Below, piece after piece: positions 58,382 to 64,000 of a stretch of 64,000 nt of DNA. The notes under the pieces are model-generated. The model did no database searches. It was not told the origin of the DNA and worked only from the letters and a program-made list of their open reading frames with translations. Each line of letters begins with the position of its first letter. Positions within the stretch are counted from its first letter, which is position 1. Source of the DNA: Curvularia clavata (lineage: Eukaryota). The DNA is taken from NCBI GenBank assembly GCA_023920165.1, contig CP089276.1, positions 2,728,001 to 2,792,000 on the forward strand, written 5' to 3'. The position numbers and the translations under genes were made by a program.

Positions 58382-60098
58382 TTTGCAACGGTGTTGCGAC
58401 TTGGTTTGCGGGTCTTCGAGTCAGACCAAATCGGCGAATTCTGGAAATGGATCGACAACCGTTGAATGGATTGTAGATCTGCTAAGTGGTCATCAGAAAG
58501 TTTCTTTGTGTCGTCGTCCTCTGGCGTTGCTTACCTTTTCCCCTGGTGCTCGCGGGAGTGGGCGACTACGGACCGTTACGCGGTGAGGCGAAGATCAAGA
58601 GCAAGGCCATTGTGCTCATCTTACTAACTGACTCGACGAGGGCAACCTTCGACCTGCCGTTCTTGGCAGGACGTGGGCTAACGCAGATGCATTGAATGTG
58701 ACTGCTGATCTTGCACCCAAGGACGCGTTGACAGCTGAGACAGTCCGGGGTGACGACAAGGGCTAGGATTGATCGTCGACGTGCAGCCTATCCAAGCTCA
58801 CGACGATAACCGCATATACAAGGAGCACATACTTGTATGTTTGTGCAGTGGCGAAACGCGTGTTGGCCGCCACAGACATGTGCTGGACACTGGACCTGTG
58901 GTGGTGGTGATGATGATGATGTTGGCTTGACCCCTTAGAGACACTCCGCGCAGGGACGCGGGACGGCACCGGCATACGCCCACGTGCTATTCAGGTACCG
59001 TGCTAAGGCTGGGAGTAGGGATGGAGGTGGGGCCTGTCTTCCCCAATTAGCCTAGTGTGCATGACTAGTTGACGTTTGTAGAGTCATGATCGACGAACTT
59101 CTTGTCTCTTGAAGCCTCACCTCTTCGTTTTGCCACCATTCCTCCACTCCTCAAAACACAAAGCTCACCATTGGCAGCCACCAAATGCCAGTCGATTGTT
59201 GGCACAGACATTGTTCCCATGAGTGTTGGCATCTTCATAGTAAGTAGACTGTGTAGCTCATCGCTCTCGGACAATAAACTAGCTTGGTGGCACGCTCCTT
59301 TCAGCCACATAACAGGCATTAGCCAGCTACGTTGGTGATCGACGGTATTTTTTCCCTGCAAACCTTCAAGGGCTAAGCCGTTGACTCGCGGATACCTTGT
59401 CGTGGGCACCAGTTGCGTACTCGGCCGTAGCTTTGTGCCAGGGGCCAGAACCACAGTTCACCGCGCTATTGGAGATGCCTGCCCGAATTCGGACCGAAGC
59501 ACCGCATTCCTAGCCTTATTCGACATCCTAACCTCTCGTTATGGTAAAGCTGTAGCAAAACACACAGGCGGAAAGTCTGAGGGCGTCCGCCGTGGTTTCG
59601 TGCATAATAGTCAGTGCCGTTATCAACCAGTGTCTCAGGCCTGGACGGGTCTCTATACCCAATGTAGAGTCTAGAGCAGCGGCATGTGCCTTGTTTTGTG
59701 TCCAGCCTCGCCGACAAGCTGAACATGGTGCATCCTTCCTTGGTCACCAAATTTCTGCTCTTAAGGATTTCGCTGTGCGACCCTTCGCGTGCGCTGAGCG
59801 ACTCGACCACTGTGCCAACATATCCGCGGAATCCACCGGAATTGGACGAGCATTAGTATTCTGCCCGTGGACCAGAATCGATTTTCCTCGCCACTCCACA
59901 ACCTCTAAGACTCGCTTCTCCGCATCCGCTTCTCCATTGTGATCTTCTACCCGGGACCCACGATCTTCATCGACTGTCAAGAACGCCCGACTTCTGGACC
60001 ACCGAGTTGGCGGGCACCTCATGTCTTGCTGACCGCTCGGCACGTCTGATTCTACGGACTTTCCTCGTCGTACCCCACGGGCGACGACCGCCTCCAGC

Positions 60099-61356
60099 AT
60101 GGTCGAAAGCCGCCAAGATGCCGCCCTCGCAATAATCTGTTCTTTCACCGTTGTTGCCTCCTTCACTGTTTTTCTCAGAGTGTGGTCGCGGTACCTAGGA
60201 CGAAACTTTTGCTGGGATGACTACCTTATTCTCATCGCCGCCCTGCTCTTCATCATAGACACCGCTGCGACATGGGTTTACATTCTTCTGAGTGGTACCG
60301 GTTACCATATATATGATCTGCCCAAAAAGTCCGTTCACGCGCAGCTTGTTGCTTTGCATTGGAACTTTACTGTGCAGATGTTATATCACCCTTGTGCGTA
60401 AACCCCTTCAGGTCTGTCGCTGTACGACCTTTGCTAACACAAGTCTAGTGATGGGGTTGATTCGGGCTTCGATCATCATGTTTCTCTTCCGCATGAAGGA
60501 TACCCGCCGACGTATAGTGTATCCGTTACATGCTGTTACTTGGTTCAACATCATCTACTCAGTAGGAGCCTCAATCGTCAACTTGACGCAATGTACTCCG
60601 CACGCCTATGCCTGGTCTAGACCTGCCATGGATAAGGTCGGACCCAACGGAACTATCATACCTGGCGGCACATGTATCGACTCTCGCACGTTCGTCCTGG
60701 TATCTTGCGGCCTTTCCATCTTTATGGATCTCATTATTATGCCAATTCCATCTATTATGGTGTGGAATCTCCAGATGCATCGACGCACAAAGATTCTGGT
60801 GGTGGTTGTGATGAGCCTAGGATGGATCGCCACAGGAGTTTCTGTCGGACGCTTCATCGTTTATTACTACCGCTTTGCGCCTACCAACAAAGATCGAACT
60901 TGGGACATCGGCATTATAATCAGTATCGCTGAGCCAGCTGTGCACATAATGACAGCATGTGCACCTGCGACAAAGTGCCTCTTCCGACACTTGTTCCCAC
61001 AGTATGGCACGAACCGCAAAGCCTCGTACTACCACGATGGAACAGTAACTGGTCATCGGCCAAGCAAACTCGGATCGTACGGATCCAAGATGATGGGCAA
61101 TTTCAACCATGAAATCCCTTACAACAAACATGACGAGACGGATCTGGAGATGGGAGGTGCTCCCAGAACAGCTCCACTACCGCCACCAGAAGATATGGAT
61201 GGAAGCACTTTCGACTGGAAAGCTGTGGCATCTATTCAATCTAAAGATCCAGCAGAAGTATCTCCTGGGAGAAAGAGCTGCTCAAAGACTTTGCGCACTG
61301 AAGCAAGCGAAGCAGTGGAGGCTGTGCCCGAGTACCTGCTGGGACGAGCACGATAG
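60099..61356 (+). CDS. PTH11-like integral membrane protein (fungal rhodopsin-domain receptor-like, no CFEM domain); exons 60099-60393, 60449-61356
   Basis: FLRVWSR....WDDYLI, GTGYHIYD, RASIIMFLFR, QCTP...W, C..., DLIIMPIP...W.LQM..RTK and AEP...I..AC.P; seven hydrophobic segments. Confidence 0.88.
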
Positions 61357-61612
61357 TTGGCAATCAACAGTGTGCAGGTTTTGCATTTGTGAGCGATGTT
61401 AGCGTTTAGCATGGGCGGAAGTTTTAGTATATCATTCCTTAGCATCTAGCAGTAATTTACGACGTGGATGACATTCATTTTCCAATGCATTTGTGAAATA
61501 ATCCTCCGTCTACGTGAATGTAGTAATTCACGCTACCACGTGACAGCGGGGTTAGCGCGAGTGAGCAGGAGCTAACGCTTTTAGGAGAACCCTGGCGTCT
61601 GAACGTCGTTTA

Positions 61613-61621
61613 CACGCGAAA
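61613..61621 (+). promoter_or_regulatory. MCB/SCB-like cell-cycle element (CACGCGAAA) upstream of SMC2
   Basis: Matches both ACGCG and CRCGAAA consensus, about 45 bp before the SMC2 ATG. Confidence 0.4.
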
Positions 61622-61665
61622 CACAACAAACAACCGGACAACTAACACCAGCACATGCAGCCACC

Positions 61666-64000
61666 ATGAGGATCATAGAACTAGTGATTGATGTCGGTAT
61701 ATACACTGAGCACATGCGACCAAATCTAATGTGGTAATAGGGCTACAAGTCGTACGCCGTCCGCACAGTCATCTCGGGCTGGTCTGTTTACTCCCCCGCT
61801 ATGACAGGGCCACATTGCTAACTGTACTCAGGGACGAGAGCTTCAACTCGATTACGGGACTCAACGGATCAGGAAAATCAAACATTCTGGACTCAATATG
61901 CTTTGTTCTCGGCATCAACAATCTGAGCGTTGTGCGAGCCCAGAACTTGCAGGTACGCAGAACAGGCGGTGGACTACACGGAAGGTGTTAATAAGGCTTC
62001 AGGACCTCATCTACAAACGCGGCCAAGCCGGAGTTACCAAAGCTAGTGTCACTATTGTATTCGACAACCGCGATAAGACGAAGAGCCCGGTCGGTTTCGA
62101 GGAACATGCGCAGATTTCGGTCACACGGCAGATTGTTCTAGGCGGAGCGAGCAAATACCTCATCAATGGACACCGCGCGCAGCAGCAGAGCATACAAAAT
62201 TTGTTCCAGTCCGTTCAACTCAACATCAATAACCCCAACTTCATGATTGCGCAAGGAAAGGTTATGCAAGTGTTGAACATGAAGGCGAAGGAAATCCTGG
62301 CTATGCTTGAGGAGGCCGCAGGAACGCGCATGTTTGAGGACAGGCGAGACAAGGCTTACAAGACAATGGCAAAGAAGGAAATGAAGGTTCAAGAAATTGC
62401 CGAACTGCTACGAGATGAGATCGACCCGAAGCTCGAAAAGCTACGGACGGAAAAGCGGGCGTTTTTGGAGTTTCAACAGACGCAGAGTGAGCTCGAGCGC
62501 CTGACAAAATTGGTTGTAGCATACGACTACCTACGATACAACGAGCGACTACAACAGTCAGCGGAGGATCTCGAGGCGAAGAAACAAAGGGCGAAAGACC
62601 TCGAAGAGTCAACCGTGCGTATGAAGAAAGAGATTGAACATCTTCAAGAAGACATCAAACAAACCAAGGCAACACGGGAAAAGGAACTCCGCAAGGGTGG
62701 GAAATTCCAAGCCCTCGAGGAAGAAGTCAAAGCACATTCCCACGAGATCGTCCGTTTGACTACGAACCTGGAACTCAAGAAAACCAGCATGGCCGAAGAG
62801 GTCGAACGTGAGAAGACCGTCAAGACAAGTGTGAAGGAGCTTGAGAAACTACTACAAGAGAAGAAGCAAGCTTATGAAAAAGCACAAGAAAAGTACCAGG
62901 CCGCTCACGCTGAGTTAGCGAAGCAGACTGAGGAGGCTGAGAAGAAAGAGGAGCTGCTCCAGACTCTGCAAACTGGTGTCGCGTCGAAGGAGGGTCAAGA
63001 AGGCGGTTATCAAGGCCAGCTACAGGACGCTAGGAACAGGGCAAGCGCCGCAGCTACAGAACAGGAGCAAAGCAAACTAAGAATATCGCACCTCGAAAAA
63101 CAAATCAAAGAAGATGAGCCAAAAGCCAAGAAGGCAAAGGAGCAGAATTCAGGTTTACTCAAAGATTTGGAAGCCTTGAAATCACAAGCTTCGAGGCTTG
63201 AGGCAGATCTGGCAAAGCTAGGCTACGACGAGGCTCACGAGGCAAGCATGTATCAGCAAGAATCACACCTTCACGCACGTATCCGAGAACTCAGACAGCA
63301 GGCGGACGCGATGAGGCGACAAGTTGCCAATATTGATTTTAGCTACAGCGATCCCTCTCCAAACTTTGATAGGTCTCGCGTCAAGGGTCTTGTTGCTCAG
63401 CTCTTCACTTTGGAGAAGGAACACACCCGAGCAGGTACTGCGCTGGAAATCTGTGCAGGCGGCCGATTATACAACGTAGTAGTTGACTCAGCCGCCACTG
63501 GTAAACAGCTTCTCGAGAACGGCAGACTAAAAAAGCGTGTTACCATCATTCCTCTTAATAAGATTGCCGCCTTCAGAGCATCAGCAGAGAAGATTGGTGC
63601 AGCCCAGAAAATCGCGCCGGGCAAAGTTGACCTGGCCTTGTCCTTGATCGGATACGATGACGAGGTTAACGCTGCGATGGAATACGTGTTCGGCTCTACT
63701 CTCGTTTGCGAGGATGCAGAAACTGCTAAGCGTGTAACCTTCGACCCTTCAGTACGCATGAAGAGTGTGACTCTCCAGGGTGATACTTATGATCCCGCTG
63801 GTGTATTGTCAGGTGGCAGTGCACCTCAATCTAGCGGAGTTCTCATCACCCTGCAGAAGCTCAACGAGATCATAACGGAGCTAAAGTCACAGGAAGCCCA
63901 GCTTCAGTCTTTGCAAGCCACTATGGCAAAGGAGAAGAAAAAGTTGGATGCAGCACGCAAGTCGAAGCAGGAACTTGACCTGAAGAGACACGAGATTAAG
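61666..64000 (+). CDS. SMC2: Condensin ATPase subunit, truncated at the 3' end by the window edge; exons 61666-61692, 61741-61781, 61832-61952, 62003->64000
   Basis: [89 protein letters not shown], coiled coil, and hinge residues [15 protein letters not shown] and SVTLQGD.YDP.G.LSGG. Confidence 0.97.

Noticed and set aside
43973..61356. MFS, hydrolase and FAD oxidase as a secondary-metabolite cluster
   Set aside because: No backbone synthase, and the genes are interleaved with the housekeeping genes VPS8 and DUF3752.

Overview
Eukaryotic DNA from a filamentous ascomycete. The short GT-AG introns with CTRAC branch points and the gene families suggest a Dothideomycete/Pleosporales fungus; this is an inference, not a database result. 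It is a gene-dense chromosomal segment with about 23 intact protein-coding genes, most of them spliced, so the raw ORF track mis-states many starts and ends. In order: DUF6594-like membrane protein, thiolase-like protein, FAN1 nuclease, Acr-2-like regulator, ZIP metal transporter, ChaC gamma-glutamylcyclotransferase, COQ6, an orphan disordered protein, a GPI-anchored Cys-rich protein, YPT35, SAS4, RRN3, cyclophilin H, a membrane RING-H2 ligase, a Kic1/Nak1/POD-6 kinase, a Lys/Pro-rich protein, a PPR protein, an MFS DHA1 transporter, VPS8, DUF3752/GPALPP1, DUF4336, a secreted FAD oxidase, a PTH11-like receptor and the 5' part of SMC2. I recognised no transposon, rRNA, tRNA, CRISPR array or secondary-metabolite backbone gene, and I found no unambiguous new multi-gene system. 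The best leads are: an apparently obligatory 5-nt micro-exon in ChaC whose skipping creates an immediate stop; a tandemly amplified W-x-F motif array in the kinase tail; a hairpin-dense leader or ncRNA candidate behind a TATA box at 20354; an internally deleted M35-like metalloprotease relic; and two head-to-head gene pairs (regulator/ZIP and FAD oxidase/PTH11-like).
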